Assembly: GCA_045106895.1 (NCBI GenBank)
Contig: JBGCFM010000243.1
Coordinates: forward strand, 1-54,112
Length of the DNA stretch: 54,112 bases
Source of the DNA: Polyangiales bacterium
GTDB taxonomy: Bacteria; Myxococcota_A; Polyangia; Polyangiales; Houyiibacteriaceae
Direction of reading: 5' to 3'
The notes below the pieces were generated by a model. The model searched no databases. It was not told the DNA's origin and worked only from the letters and a program-made list of their open reading frames with translations. This document shows positions 18,201-28,000 of this stretch, one piece after another (position 1 is the stretch's first letter; each line of letters starts with the position of its first letter). The position numbers and the translations under genes were made by a program.

Positions 18201-20236
18201 ACAGTGATGGCGACGACACGCCGGACTATCGGGATATTGATAGCGACGGTGACGGAGTCAGCGATGGTGTGGAAGGTCACCTCGGCACCGCCGCTTCCGG
18301 CGACGATGCAGACATGGACGGAATCGACGACGCGTTCGATCCGGACTGCGTTGATGAAGCGTGCGGGGGCCTTATCGGCATCATCGCGCCCGTGCCAAAC
18401 ACCGACGAGTCGGGGCAGCCGGACTTCCGCGACGTCGACTCTGACGGCGACGGAATCGCGGACGGCGTTGAGTGCCCAATGGACCCCACGTGCTCAGATG
18501 TGGACCTGGACGGCACGCCTGACTTCCGAAGCCTCGACGCGGACGGTGACGGCCTGCCAGACGCAACGGAGGGTCACGACACCGATCACGACGGCATCCC
18601 TGACATCGAAGCGGTGGGAGTTGATTCGGATGGTGACGGCCTCGATGACGCCTTCGATGCAGACTGCAGCGAAGCTGTCCCCTGCGGCGGTGTTGTCGGC
18701 TTGGAAGCTCCAACGCCTGACCTCGATATGAACGATATCCCGGACTTCCAAGATCCCGATGATGATGGCGATGGAAAGCCCACGGCCGAGGAGATTCAGG
18801 ACGCCATTGACTACGAAGGTCCAGCGGCGGATCCGACGAACATCGACGGAGATTCTGTCGTCAACTGGTTCGACGAGGACTCTGACGGAGACGGCGCTCC
18901 GGACATGATGGAGAACAGCGGCGACGGAGACCTCAACGCTGATGGCCTCCTCGACTACCTCGACCCTGGGTTCGCGCCGACGGACAGCGATGGTGATGGC
19001 ATCATCGATTTCGAAGAGTGTGGAGGTGACCCGGCCGATGGTTGCGTTGACTCGGACATGGACGGGGTGCCGGACTACCTGGACGCGGACGACGACAACG
19101 ATGGCATCCCCACCGCCATCGAATACGCAGCCGACGATTTCGGGGACGGCGACCCCGCAAATGATCATGACGCAGATGATGATGGAGTGCCGAACCACCT
19201 TGACCTGGATGCGGACAATGACGGTATCCCTGACCTCTGGGAGAATGGCGGGCGCTCTTTCGATTCCGATGGAAACGGACGCGTGGACGACATGACGGAT
19301 GCGGACATGGATGGCATTGCGTCGGCCTTCGACACCGATGACAACGACGCCGACGTGCGCACGACAAGCACACCCGTCGACACGGATGGAACGGGCCAGG
19401 CCGACTACTTGGATCTCGATGCCGACGGCGACGGACTGACAGACATCTTCGAAGCGGACGGCACAGATGCCGACGGTGACGGTACCGTCGACGATACGAC
19501 GGACGCGAACAGTGACGGCTGGTCCGATAGTGTGGCGGCCACGCCTTGGGCTCTTCCCGACACCGACGCGGACGGCGAACTGGACTTCCAGGACGTGGAC
19601 AGCGACGGCGACGGCAAGAGCGACGCTCTCGAGGCGACGGACGACAACGGCGACGGAGTCGCCGATGTCATGCCCGCGGGCGTCGACATGAATGGCAACG
19701 GCATTGACGACGCCTTTGACACGGCGGTGGGGGGCACTGCTCCAACACGTCCGGACCAGGACGCAGACGGAATCGCCGACTGGCGCGACGCGGACGATGA
19801 CGGCGATGGAGTTCCGACGGTCCTGGAGGTCGACGGCGACACGGATATGGATGGAACACCCGACTACCTGGACACTGACGACGATGGTGACGGCGTGCCG
19901 ACGGCGGAAGAAAACCCAGATCCGAACGGAGATGGCGTGCTCGACGACGCTCAGGACACGGACAGCGACGGTACACCTGACTACTTGGACGCCGACGATG
20001 ACGGAGACGGCATCAACACCATCGATGAGATGGCGGATCCGAACGGTGATGGTGACGTAAGCGACGCCCTCGACAGCGACGGGGACGGGATTCCAGACTA
20101 CCTGGACCCAGCCCAGTCCTCGAGCGGAGGTCTCTCCGGTGGCGCGGCATGCTCTGCATCACCAGGAAGCGATGGGTCATCTACGGCTTGGTTGCTTCTC
20201 GGGCTCTGCTTCCTTCGCCGCCGCCGCCGAAGTTAG
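15281..20236 (+). CDS. Giant cell-surface protein: Myxococcus Cys-rich repeats, thrombospondin C-terminal-like lectin domain, many TSP type-3 Ca-binding repeats, MYXO-CTERM-like anchor
   Basis: ATG 15281 follows AGGA; signal peptide ending AFA; 'CGDNNLEPAEECDDGN...GDGCS'; 'DDDFLGWTIGY...YWSWKQ'; dozens of 'DSDGDGIPDxxD' repeats; C-terminal 'GGAACSASPG...AWLLLGLCFLRRRRRS'. The ORF-track extension to 14507 overlaps the YcbK gene and is not credible. Confidence 0.9.
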   Translation: MKNILVGALSVFSTFTFAHSAFAVCGDNNLEPAEECDDGNITSGDGCSNLCVVEESFACETVTFTVQHNESLTGGTAPNWVVDADERGISETTNSVATVFSTNMPAQIGEITFDMRVNRSGDDDFLGWTIGYDAGEMSSTTTPPDTDYLYWSWKQLRQSSGGMREAGMIVSRVTGPANDGAYWRGRDGNITQVAEANNFGLGSAVDESSGWDDFRWYRVNMVVTPGRVRVWMREGNTSNSGNPADRGFAPLDRVANLEFDLRIDIPAGNFGFYAQSQQDLRYELIGPVSDSVCSPDQDEDGIKDLSDLDSDRDGILDADEMPGFLDDPDADEDLDGVPDWNDPDHVPGGCVAAGSQCATLPTALDVDGDGIPNHLDRDSDGDGITDAREAGLTDDDGDGRPDACTTVTDRGVCIAGGLMEPATNTDGGAPDFLDPDSDGDGLSDLSEAYDTDGNGMANLSPTGSDTDGDGIDDAFDPDCVLATCGGTLGQPVLGVLTPAQDSDLDGVPDWQTTCGDAYVRGGEACDDGNNVNADMCTNACLRTDTIGCTANGQCASNACDGSLMSCQPCVDDTAAGTDRGCSAGVPACVTIGMVNSCVECTGDVQCGGSEICIANTCVSCTDDVAGNGLDTGCRAEAPVCDVSGASPVCRVCLDDSAGGSDTGCGDAAPVCDATSGNGVCLVCEDNAGGTMMDFGCSAAGAPVCLDPIGAAPPLCVECAGDADCPAMGEVCGPDNTCVPGCNEASDCEGTALAICDIAGRVCVECLDDSACNGDEVCGLGTCGLPDSDMDGIADDVDLDDDNDGILDSEEGSGTDYSQDSDGDGWPDYKDPESVTCDDDNDDGACDVLPMIVDFDGDGVPNHLDLDADGDGIADIIEGGGEDADGNGRVDGFSDGDRNGVDDELDMTPLPVPNTDMSGGKDFLDLDSDDDGLTDTFEAGGTDDDGDGRPDVATDDNFDGWADELDGADVLPLTDSDGDDTPDYRDIDSDGDGVSDGVEGHLGTAASGDDADMDGIDDAFDPDCVDEACGGLIGIIAPVPNTDESGQPDFRDVDSDGDGIADGVECPMDPTCSDVDLDGTPDFRSLDADGDGLPDATEGHDTDHDGIPDIEAVGVDSDGDGLDDAFDADCSEAVPCGGVVGLEAPTPDLDMNDIPDFQDPDDDGDGKPTAEEIQDAIDYEGPAADPTNIDGDSVVNWFDEDSDGDGAPDMMENSGDGDLNADGLLDYLDPGFAPTDSDGDGIIDFEECGGDPADGCVDSDMDGVPDYLDADDDNDGIPTAIEYAADDFGDGDPANDHDADDDGVPNHLDLDADNDGIPDLWENGGRSFDSDGNGRVDDMTDADMDGIASAFDTDDNDADVRTTSTPVDTDGTGQADYLDLDADGDGLTDIFEADGTDADGDGTVDDTTDANSDGWSDSVAATPWALPDTDADGELDFQDVDSDGDGKSDALEATDDNGDGVADVMPAGVDMNGNGIDDAFDTAVGGTAPTRPDQDADGIADWRDADDDGDGVPTVLEVDGDTDMDGTPDYLDTDDDGDGVPTAEENPDPNGDGVLDDAQDTDSDGTPDYLDADDDGDGINTIDEMADPNGDGDVSDALDSDGDGIPDYLDPAQSSSGGLSGGAACSASPGSDGSSTAWLLLGLCFLRRRRRS

Positions 20237-20254
20237 CCTAAGCACAGGAGACTG

Positions 20255-20284
20255 AGGCGCGTCCCGAACGGGGCGCGCCTTTTT
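20255..20284 (+). terminator. Rho-independent terminator
   Basis: AGGCGCGTCCC-GAAC-GGGGCGCGCCT hairpin followed by TTTTCTGTTTTT. Confidence 0.85.
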
Positions 20285-20358
20285 CTGTTTTTGCCTTCGA
20301 CTCCGCCTTCGAGGCCCTGGGCTCGCTTCATTCGCGGCTCTTCGCTATGGTTCCCGCC

Positions 20359-23067
20359 ATGCGAATCGTAAGCGCCTCTCTCCTTTCTCTGCTGCTTCTC
20401 GCCGCCTGCGGCGACGACGACGTCACACCAGACGCCGGCCCCACGCCAGACGGCGGAGTAGACGCCACCGCCGACGTCATCGGCGAAGACGTCATTGAGA
20501 CCCCGGACGCTGGCCCGCCAGACTTCCGCGTCGAAGGCCTAAGTGATGGAGTCAGCGCGCACCTCGACGCCGACGGCGTTCTGAACCTCGACTGCGAGAC
20601 CAACGAAGATTGCATCGCCGCGCTGGGTTACTTCCACGCCCGCGACCGTTTCGTGCAGATGGACTTCCGACGCCGAGCCACCACGGGCCGTCTCTCGGGA
20701 ATTCTAAACGAGTTCGCGGCCAATATGGCCGGGCCCGTGGACGCGCGAAGTCGCGCGCTCTACTCGACTCGAAACGGTGAGCCCGCCGAAGACGCGATGC
20801 TCGCCGCCGCGACGCCGGAGGTTCGCGGATGGCTCGACGCCTACGCGCGCGGCGTCAACTCGTGGATCGCTGATGTGAAGGCCGGCCGCAACGGCGCCGT
20901 GTTCCCACGTGAGTTCGAGAACGCGGTCCTCTTCGACTACGACATCGATCGCGTCCCTGACTGGGAGCCCACGGACAGCGTCGCGACGGTGCTCGCGCTC
21001 ATCAACTCGCTGACCAACAACTCCGCCTTCGAAATCCGGATGGCTGAGCGCCGCGCCGAGTTCATCGAGCGTTTCGGCGCCGAGCTCGGCGAGCAGATGT
21101 TCCGCGACCTCTACGACACGCGCCCCGACGTGGACTCCCCGGTCATTGAGAACTTCGGCGAGATGGCCTCGCTCACGCCTGCCTCCGGCATGTGCGCGCC
21201 GAGCGCAAACCCCGCGATTCCGATGGGCACCGCAGATACGGCCCTTGGTCCGGACCTCCTCGCGGAACGAATCTTCGGCGCTCAGTTCTTTGGTCAGCCC
21301 GGTCGCCAGGGCGGCTTCGGTTCCAACAACTGGGTCGTGGGCCCAGACAATAGCGCCAGTGGAAACGCGCTCCTTGCCAACGACCCTCATCTCGGCATGA
21401 CCAACCCCGCCACCTGGTACGTCGCGCAGCTCGACTCCAAGACCAACGGTAGCGGTGACCTTCACGCCGCCGGTATGACCTTCGCAGGGCTTCCCTTCGT
21501 CATCATCGGTCAGAACGAAGACATCGCCTGGGGCGCCACGACCACGGTCTTCGACATGACCGACGTCTACGTCGAAGAGGTGAGCGACGACGGCAACTCC
21601 GTCACTTTCCGCGGCGAACAGGTCGCCATCATCAAGCGTATGTTCTCCATTGAGCGCGCCGACGGAACAAGCACCGAGGTGGAACTTCAGTTCGTCCCGC
21701 ATCACGGCCCGATCCTTCCCCGTGAAGAGGGGGACCCCGTGCTCTCACTTCGCTGGACCGGCAACGACGCGGACACGGACGTGAACTTCCTCGCCGAACT
21801 CTCCCGCGCAACGGACGTCGCCAGCGCTCAGACCGCGCTTCGCCAGGTGACGACCATCGGTCAAAACTGGGTCGTCGCGGACACCGAAGGAAACATCGGC
21901 TGGTTCCCCTACAACCGCCTCCCGCAGCGCCCCTGGGCCACGTTCTACAATCCCGAAGGCATCGCCGAGGCGGTTCCATGGATGCCCCTTGATGGCCGCG
22001 GTGACTACGAGTGGGAGAGCTACTACGACTACGACGACCTGCCCCAGCTCCTCAACCCGACGCAGGGCTACATCGCCACGGCGAACAACGACATGACGGG
22101 CGCACTTGCAGACGGTGACCCCACCAACGAGACCTTCGGCATCTTCCAGATCAACGTCGCGGCGGGCTACCGTCACCAGCGAATCGTTGACCTTCTCGAG
22201 GAGAGCGACGCCCATGACGCCGCGAGCATGGCCGCTCTCATCGCCGACACGCACTCTCAAATCGGCGAGTACCTGACCCCAGGAATCCTCTCGGCGGCGG
22301 AAGGCCTCACGCTCAGCGAAAACGCCCAGAAGGTCATCACAGCGCTCACCGCTTGGAACTACGAGTGCAGCACGGGTCTCACGGGCTCCGACGCTGAAGC
22401 GTCGCCTCTCGCCTCCGGCGTCGCCCTGAGCGAGTCCGCCGGTTGTGCCGCGTTTCACGTGGCCGTGCGAGAGATCAACACCGCCGCTCTCTCCGATGAG
22501 GGCATCTTCGGCGAACGCGGTCCCAACGCCGCTTTGGTTCGTCTCCTGCGCGGCGAGATGCTCCTCGCCGGCGATATCTATTGGGATGACGTGAGCACCG
22601 AAGGCGTGACGGAGACCCGCGACGACATCATCGCCGCGGCGCTGGATACAGCTGGGACGTTCCTCGTGGAGAACCTCGGCGAAGACGAAGCGGAGTGGGC
22701 CTGGGGCCGGATTCACTTCCTCAACCTTCGTTCCGACGTCGACACCGCGAGCGGCGGAATCGTCACGGAGTACAACGAGACCAACTTGGCAAACGACGGC
22801 GGCCTCTACACCGTGGATGTGGCGAACCCCGGCGGCGACTACTCCCAGACTGCCGGCGCAAGCATGCGACTTCTGTGCGAAGCGCCCTCCACCGGCGTCA
22901 CCTGCACCTTCCAGCTCCCCGGCGGCCCCTCCGCCCATCCCGGCGACTCGAGTTACCTCTCGCTCCTTCCGGGCTACATCAGCAACACGCCGCGACCACT
23001 CTCCATGGACATCGACGGAGCCGCAGCCGCGGCCGCGCAGACCCTCGAGCTCAACCCACCCATGTAA
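20359..23067 (+). CDS. Penicillin acylase family (Ntn hydrolase, peptidase S45) lipoprotein
   Basis: Lipobox LLAAC; 'LGYFHARDRFVQMDFRRR..TGRLS'; nucleophile motif 'GSNNWVV'; 'LLANDPHL'; 'GQNEDIAWGAT'; 'GYIATANN'. Confidence 0.92.
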   Translation: MRIVSASLLSLLLLAACGDDDVTPDAGPTPDGGVDATADVIGEDVIETPDAGPPDFRVEGLSDGVSAHLDADGVLNLDCETNEDCIAALGYFHARDRFVQMDFRRRATTGRLSGILNEFAANMAGPVDARSRALYSTRNGEPAEDAMLAAATPEVRGWLDAYARGVNSWIADVKAGRNGAVFPREFENAVLFDYDIDRVPDWEPTDSVATVLALINSLTNNSAFEIRMAERRAEFIERFGAELGEQMFRDLYDTRPDVDSPVIENFGEMASLTPASGMCAPSANPAIPMGTADTALGPDLLAERIFGAQFFGQPGRQGGFGSNNWVVGPDNSASGNALLANDPHLGMTNPATWYVAQLDSKTNGSGDLHAAGMTFAGLPFVIIGQNEDIAWGATTTVFDMTDVYVEEVSDDGNSVTFRGEQVAIIKRMFSIERADGTSTEVELQFVPHHGPILPREEGDPVLSLRWTGNDADTDVNFLAELSRATDVASAQTALRQVTTIGQNWVVADTEGNIGWFPYNRLPQRPWATFYNPEGIAEAVPWMPLDGRGDYEWESYYDYDDLPQLLNPTQGYIATANNDMTGALADGDPTNETFGIFQINVAAGYRHQRIVDLLEESDAHDAASMAALIADTHSQIGEYLTPGILSAAEGLTLSENAQKVITALTAWNYECSTGLTGSDAEASPLASGVALSESAGCAAFHVAVREINTAALSDEGIFGERGPNAALVRLLRGEMLLAGDIYWDDVSTEGVTETRDDIIAAALDTAGTFLVENLGEDEAEWAWGRIHFLNLRSDVDTASGGIVTEYNETNLANDGGLYTVDVANPGGDYSQTAGASMRLLCEAPSTGVTCTFQLPGGPSAHPGDSSYLSLLPGYISNTPRPLSMDIDGAAAAAAQTLELNPPM

Positions 23068-23079
23068 GAGCGCGTTTTG

Positions 23080-23110
23080 AGGCGCGCGGCCGGACTCTGG
23101 CCGCGCCTTT
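23080..23110 (+). terminator. Probable terminator hairpin
   Basis: GCGCGGCCGG-ACTC-TGGCCGCGC stem with a short T tail, just after the acylase stop. Confidence 0.55.
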
Positions 23111-23422
23111 CGCGTTGAGCGATGTGCGCAGTCCCCGGGACGTCGCAGCGGGTACTGCCTCGTGACGTGGGTCGCGAATCGCGACGTAAGCGAGGCGCTG
23201 CGTCCTCTCCGCGCAAGCGCCGAAGGCGAGAGCGCCGCTCGTGACTGGGAGCTCTCGGGTAACTCTGGTTGTGCACTGAGCGGCTGGCTTAGCGCTCACA
23301 CCCACGCACGAGGCTTTGCGATTCCTTCTCAGGCGCTGCTCCGCAAGGGAACACGTTTGCACCGAATCTGGGTGGACGAAGGAGAAAGCGTGTTTCGACC
23401 TGTCCGTCCCGCACTGACTAGC

Positions 23423-24202
23423 TCACATCGTACGCTTCTTGCCGGCGCGTTCGAGGGCGTCACGCAGTCGATACGCGTCGCTCCGCGACAGCTTATTGAT
23501 GGAATGCCCATCTTCTCCAAGGAGTCCGATCTCCGCGTGGTGAGGGCCGTCGCCGACGGAGCGAATACGAACGCAGAGCTCGTCCATCGAGCCTTCGACC
23601 ACCGGCTTGGAGCCGCCGTTTCGAAAGAGCTTGAATCGGTTGCTTCGAAGCTCGAGTCGCCACCTTTGGGGCGAGAGCACGACGGCCAAGGCAAGGGCGC
23701 AGGTCATGATGGCCAAGCCGACGGTCCACGGGAGCGGGATGTCGCTCTCAAGACCGCCCAAAGCCGCCCCAAGCCCAATTGCTGGAACTGCCGCCCAACC
23801 GGACTTGAGTGACTCTCGCCACCCCCGCTTCCTCACGTGCACGACCTCGCCGTCTTCGACCTTCGTGCAGGTGACGCGCGGACGTATCTTGGTTGTGGCA
23901 GTTTTCTCGGAAGGCTCGCCGTTCCCAAAGAGTGACCTGATGTCGTCGTCGCCCTCACCGCGCATGAAAGCCTGAAGACGGTCGCTATTCGGCGGACCTC
24001 TTTGCGACTCCGGCTTCGGCGTTGGCTCCGGCTTCGGCTCCGGCTTCGGCGTTGGCGTTGGCGCTGCGTTGGGTTGAGGTCTCGCGAGCTCCGCTCTCAG
24101 TTGCTCCTCAACGGCTTCCTTTTCGTCTTCGAGTCGCTCGTTGTCGCTCTCGAGGGAACGGATACGTGCGCGAAGTGCCTCGTTGTCGTCGCGAAACCCC
24201 AC
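23423..24202 (-). CDS. Hypothetical membrane protein (coiled coil, Pro-rich linker, 2 TM)
   Basis: GTG start 1 nt after the upstream stop; coiled-coil N-terminus; (PK/PE)n linker; two TM helices. Confidence 0.7.
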   Translation of the reverse strand: MGFRDDNEALRARIRSLESDNERLEDEKEAVEEQLRAELARPQPNAAPTPTPKPEPKPEPTPKPESQRGPPNSDRLQAFMRGEGDDDIRSLFGNGEPSEKTATTKIRPRVTCTKVEDGEVVHVRKRGWRESLKSGWAAVPAIGLGAALGGLESDIPLPWTVGLAIMTCALALAVVLSPQRWRLELRSNRFKLFRNGGSKPVVEGSMDELCVRIRSVGDGPHHAEIGLLGEDGHSINKLSRSDAYRLRDALERAGKKRTM

Positions 24203-24203
24203 C

Positions 24204-24782
24204 CTATTTTCTTCCCTTCTTTGACCTTTCGGGCAAAGTCTTCGGGCGCCTTCGCCAACGAATGGCGCCGAAGATCATCAGCGCAAGGGCAGAGATCTCG
24301 AGCGTCGCGGCCAGCGCCTCCGTGAGGTCTGCGGAGCCGAGCAAACGGTCCAAGACATGAATGCTCGCTGCCCGCGTCACCACGAAGACTCCACTCACCG
24401 CGAGGCCAAGGGCGACGAGGCGATAGCGCTTTCCGGACCGCACGATCCAGCGGCGGAGCAGCCAGAGCACGATGAGTCCTCCGACGGCGAGGGTGACGAC
24501 GAAAGCGAGCTGCAAGGTGCGCCTGTGCTCGTAGAGTCCTTGCGCCTGAACCCATGTCTTGGCGGATGCGCCAAACCAGGTCTGCAGGTCGAGCTGCTTG
24601 TTGACGCCCAACGCGAGGATGATCACGGAGCTGAACGCCCAAAAGCTGAAGGGTTCATTTCGACTCCGTGCTTTGAGCGCGTTCGCCGTGAGGAGCAGGA
24701 AGGTGAGCAGGTAGGCGACGGTGACGCTCCAGCCGAGCACCGTCGGGTCGCCAATCCAGCTGTGGGGCGTTGATTCGTCCAT
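24204..24782 (-). CDS. Multi-pass membrane protein divergently transcribed from the PKS
   Basis: About 5 TM helices; 'IGDPTVLGW', 'LGVNKQLDLQT' and 'RAASIH' look like conserved motifs. Confidence 0.8.
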   Translation of the reverse strand: MDESTPHSWIGDPTVLGWSVTVAYLLTFLLLTANALKARSRNEPFSFWAFSSVIILALGVNKQLDLQTWFGASAKTWVQAQGLYEHRRTLQLAFVVTLAVGGLIVLWLLRRWIVRSGKRYRLVALGLAVSGVFVVTRAASIHVLDRLLGSADLTEALAATLEISALALMIFGAIRWRRRPKTLPERSKKGRK

Positions 24783-25026
24783 CAGATTCACGGAAGAAAA
24801 CGGGGTCCAGGCAGGGCGCCAAATCGCCTGCCAGCCACGTGATCGGCTGCATCAGTACGAGGAGCGACGACGAGAGATGCTACTCCCCTCCGGGACACAC
24901 ATAGGCACATGCCGTTTCATAGCATGCAGCCGGCTTCATCGTTGCCCTCGAGAGAGCAACAAAGCACACTCCGGTCGTTGCCCTCCACACGGGGGACAAG
25001 ACCCCATATTTGGAGTAAAGCGAAGC

Positions 25027-28000
25027 ATGTCGGACGAGTACGAGGTTTTTGAAACGGACATTGCCATCGTCGGGATGGCCGCGCGTCTGCCCGGCGCTCG
25101 AAACACCCAAGACTACTGGAAGAACCTCATCGAAGGTGTCGAGTCCGTTCGCTCCTACACGGACGAAGAGCTCCTCGCGGCAGGCGAGAGTGACGAGCGG
25201 CTTCGCCAAAAGAACTACGTCCGCGCCTCCGCGCCGATGCTCGACATGGAGCTCTTCGATGGTGACTTCTTTGGCTTCAGCCCCAAAGACAGCGCCATCA
25301 TGGATCCACAGCACCGCCACTTCCTCGAAGTGTGCTGGGAGGCCCTTGAGAACGCGGCTCATCCCCCCGAGAACTTCGAGGGGCCCATCGGCATGTTCGC
25401 CGGCTGCGGCATGGGCAGCTACCTGTACTTCAACCTCTGCTCGCGGCCGGACTTGGTCCGCGACGTGGGTCTCTTTCTCCTTCGCCACACCGGCAACGAC
25501 AAAGACTTCTTGGCGACGCGCGCCAGCTATCTCCTAAACCTCACGGGCCCCTCCATCAATGTCCAGACGGCGTGCTCGACATCCCTCGTCGCGACGCATC
25601 TTGCGGTCCAATCGCTGCTGAGCCGAGAATGCGACATGGCCCTCGCCGGCGGCGTCACCATCGAGTTTCCGCACCGCCGCGGCTACCTCTACCACGAAGG
25701 CGAAGTGCTCTCGCCGGACGGTCACTGCCACGCCTTCGACCATCGCGGCCAAGGCACGGTCTTCGGCTCCGGCGCTGGCGTAGTCGTGCTTCGTCGTCTC
25801 GGCGACGCTCTCGACGACGGCGACATCATCCACGGTGTGATCCGCGGCAGCGCCGTCAACAACGACGGCAGCCGCAAGGTCAACTACCTCGCGCCTAGCG
25901 TTGAAGGTCAGACCGCTTGCATGGTTGAAGCCTACGGCGTCGCCGACGTAGATCCACGCACCATCGAGTACGTTGAATGTCACGGCACGGGAACCTACCT
26001 CGGAGACCCCATCGAGGTTCAGGCGATGACGGAAGCGTTTCGCGCCTACACCAAAGACACGAACTTCTGCCAGATCGGGAGCGTCAAAACTAACATCGGC
26101 CACCTCGACACCGCCGCCGGCGTCGCCGCCCTTGTTAAAGCCACTCTCGCGCTCAAGCACGGGACTATTCCGGCGACACTTGGGTTCGAGAAGCCGAATC
26201 CAAACATCCAGTTCGATACTTCGCCGTTTCGTGTCGCCTCTGAGAAGGCCGAGTGGCCCAGTCCCGCAAATCACCCACGCCGCGCCGCCGTCAACAGCCT
26301 GGGCGTTGGAGGGACCAACGCTCACGTCGTTCTTCAAGAGCCGCCGCTTCCGCCCGAGCCGGACGAAGCGAAACGTCCGGTTCAGCTCTTCACTCTCTCG
26401 GCGAAGAAAGGCGCGAGCCTAGACGGCGCGAGCGAGCGACTCGCTAAGCACCTGCGCGACAACCCGGAAGACAACCTCGCGGACATCGCGTGGACGCTGC
26501 ATCACGGACGTCGCGCCTTCGAGCGTCGACGCGTCGTCGCAGCACGAAGCGCCGCCGAGGCTGCCGACCTTCTCGAACAGAAGGACAGCCGACGAGTCTT
26601 CACGCATCGCGCTGCTTCACGGGCATCGACGGTGTTCCTCTGCCCAGGCGGAGGCTCTCAGTACCCACGAATGGCGGCGGACCTCTACAAGGACGAGCCC
26701 GTCTTTCGCGCCGAACTTGAGCGTGGTCTCAAGCTCTTGCGCGAGAAGCACGACATTGAACTTGAGGGCTTCTTGTTCGGCGACGCTGGCGGCGACACGG
26801 ACGAGGCGCGCTTCGAAGCCCTCGCTGGCATGACGTTGCAGCTGCCGGCGATTTTCATCACCTCCATCGCCGTCGCGCGGCTCTTCGAGAGCTGGGGCGT
26901 CAAGCCTGAGGTCCTCCTCGGTCATAGCGTCGGTGAGAACACCGCTGCCTGTCTTGCGGGCGTCATGAGCTACGAAGACTGCCTCCAGCTCGTCGTTCTC
27001 CGCGGCCGCCTCGTCGGCTCGACGGAGGCCGGCGCGATGCTCTCCATTGGAATGAGCGCCGCGGCTATTCAAGGCATGCTGCCCGAGTGTCTCGACCTCG
27101 CCGTCATCAACGGACCCGAGGCGTGCGTGGTGTCCGGCACACCGGACGACATCGACGCCTTTGAGAAGCGGCTCGAGGAGTTCGACGAAATCGACGTTCG
27201 CCGTCTCTCGATTCCGGCGGCGGCCCACTCGCGTTTCCTCGATCCGATCCTCGCCGAGTTCCGCGCTTACCTCGAGAGCATCAAGCTCTCGAAGCCACAG
27301 ATTCCCTTCCTCTCCAACAAGAGTGGCGGCTGGATCACCGACGAAGAGGCCACGAGTCCCGAGTACTGGACGATGCACTTGCGCAGCACGGTGCGTTTCG
27401 CGGACAACGTCGACACACTCCTCAAAGACAAGACACGCGTCATGATCGAGACGGGGCCGGGGCGCACGCTCAGCAGCCTCTCGCGTCAGCACAAAGACTT
27501 CCTGAGCGGCGGGCACAGCGCGTTCCCATCGATTCGTCACCGCAACCACGAAGTGGACGACGTCACCTTTTTCACGACCGCGCTCGGTCAGATCTGGGCC
27601 GCCGGCGGAGACTTCGACTGGGCAAAGATGTGGGACGGCGAGCAGCGCAGTCGCGTGGAGCTACCGACCTACGCGTTTGACCACAAGCACTTCTTCATCG
27701 AGCGAAGCGAACAGCGCAGCGCCGAGTCCTCCATCGATCTTCGAAAGCTCGAAGACCTGAGCGACTGGGGGTCCGTGCCCATCTGGCAACCCGCGTTGGC
27801 AGAGGCTTCATCTGTGGAGCGACACACGTGGTTGATCTTCATGGACGGCGGCGGCGTCGGACGTCGGCTTCGCGACCGCATCAAGTCGCGTGGGGATCGC
27901 GTGGTCTGCGTCTACGAGAGTGACGCGTTCATCGCCCGCGGCGACGACGAATATGCGCTGAGTCCAGAACGTGGCCGCGAAGGATACGCGTCTCTCATCG

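Noticed and set aside
16160..20110. CRISPR-like or DNA-level repeat array
   Set aside because: The repeats are degenerate at synonymous positions and encode DxDxDG calcium-binding motifs in one ORF; there are no constant repeats with unique spacers and no cas genes.
24010..24066. Tandem DNA repeat (GGCTTC/GGCTCC/GGCGTT units)
   Set aside because: These in-frame hexamers encode a PK/PE/PT linker; length changes would not shift the frame.
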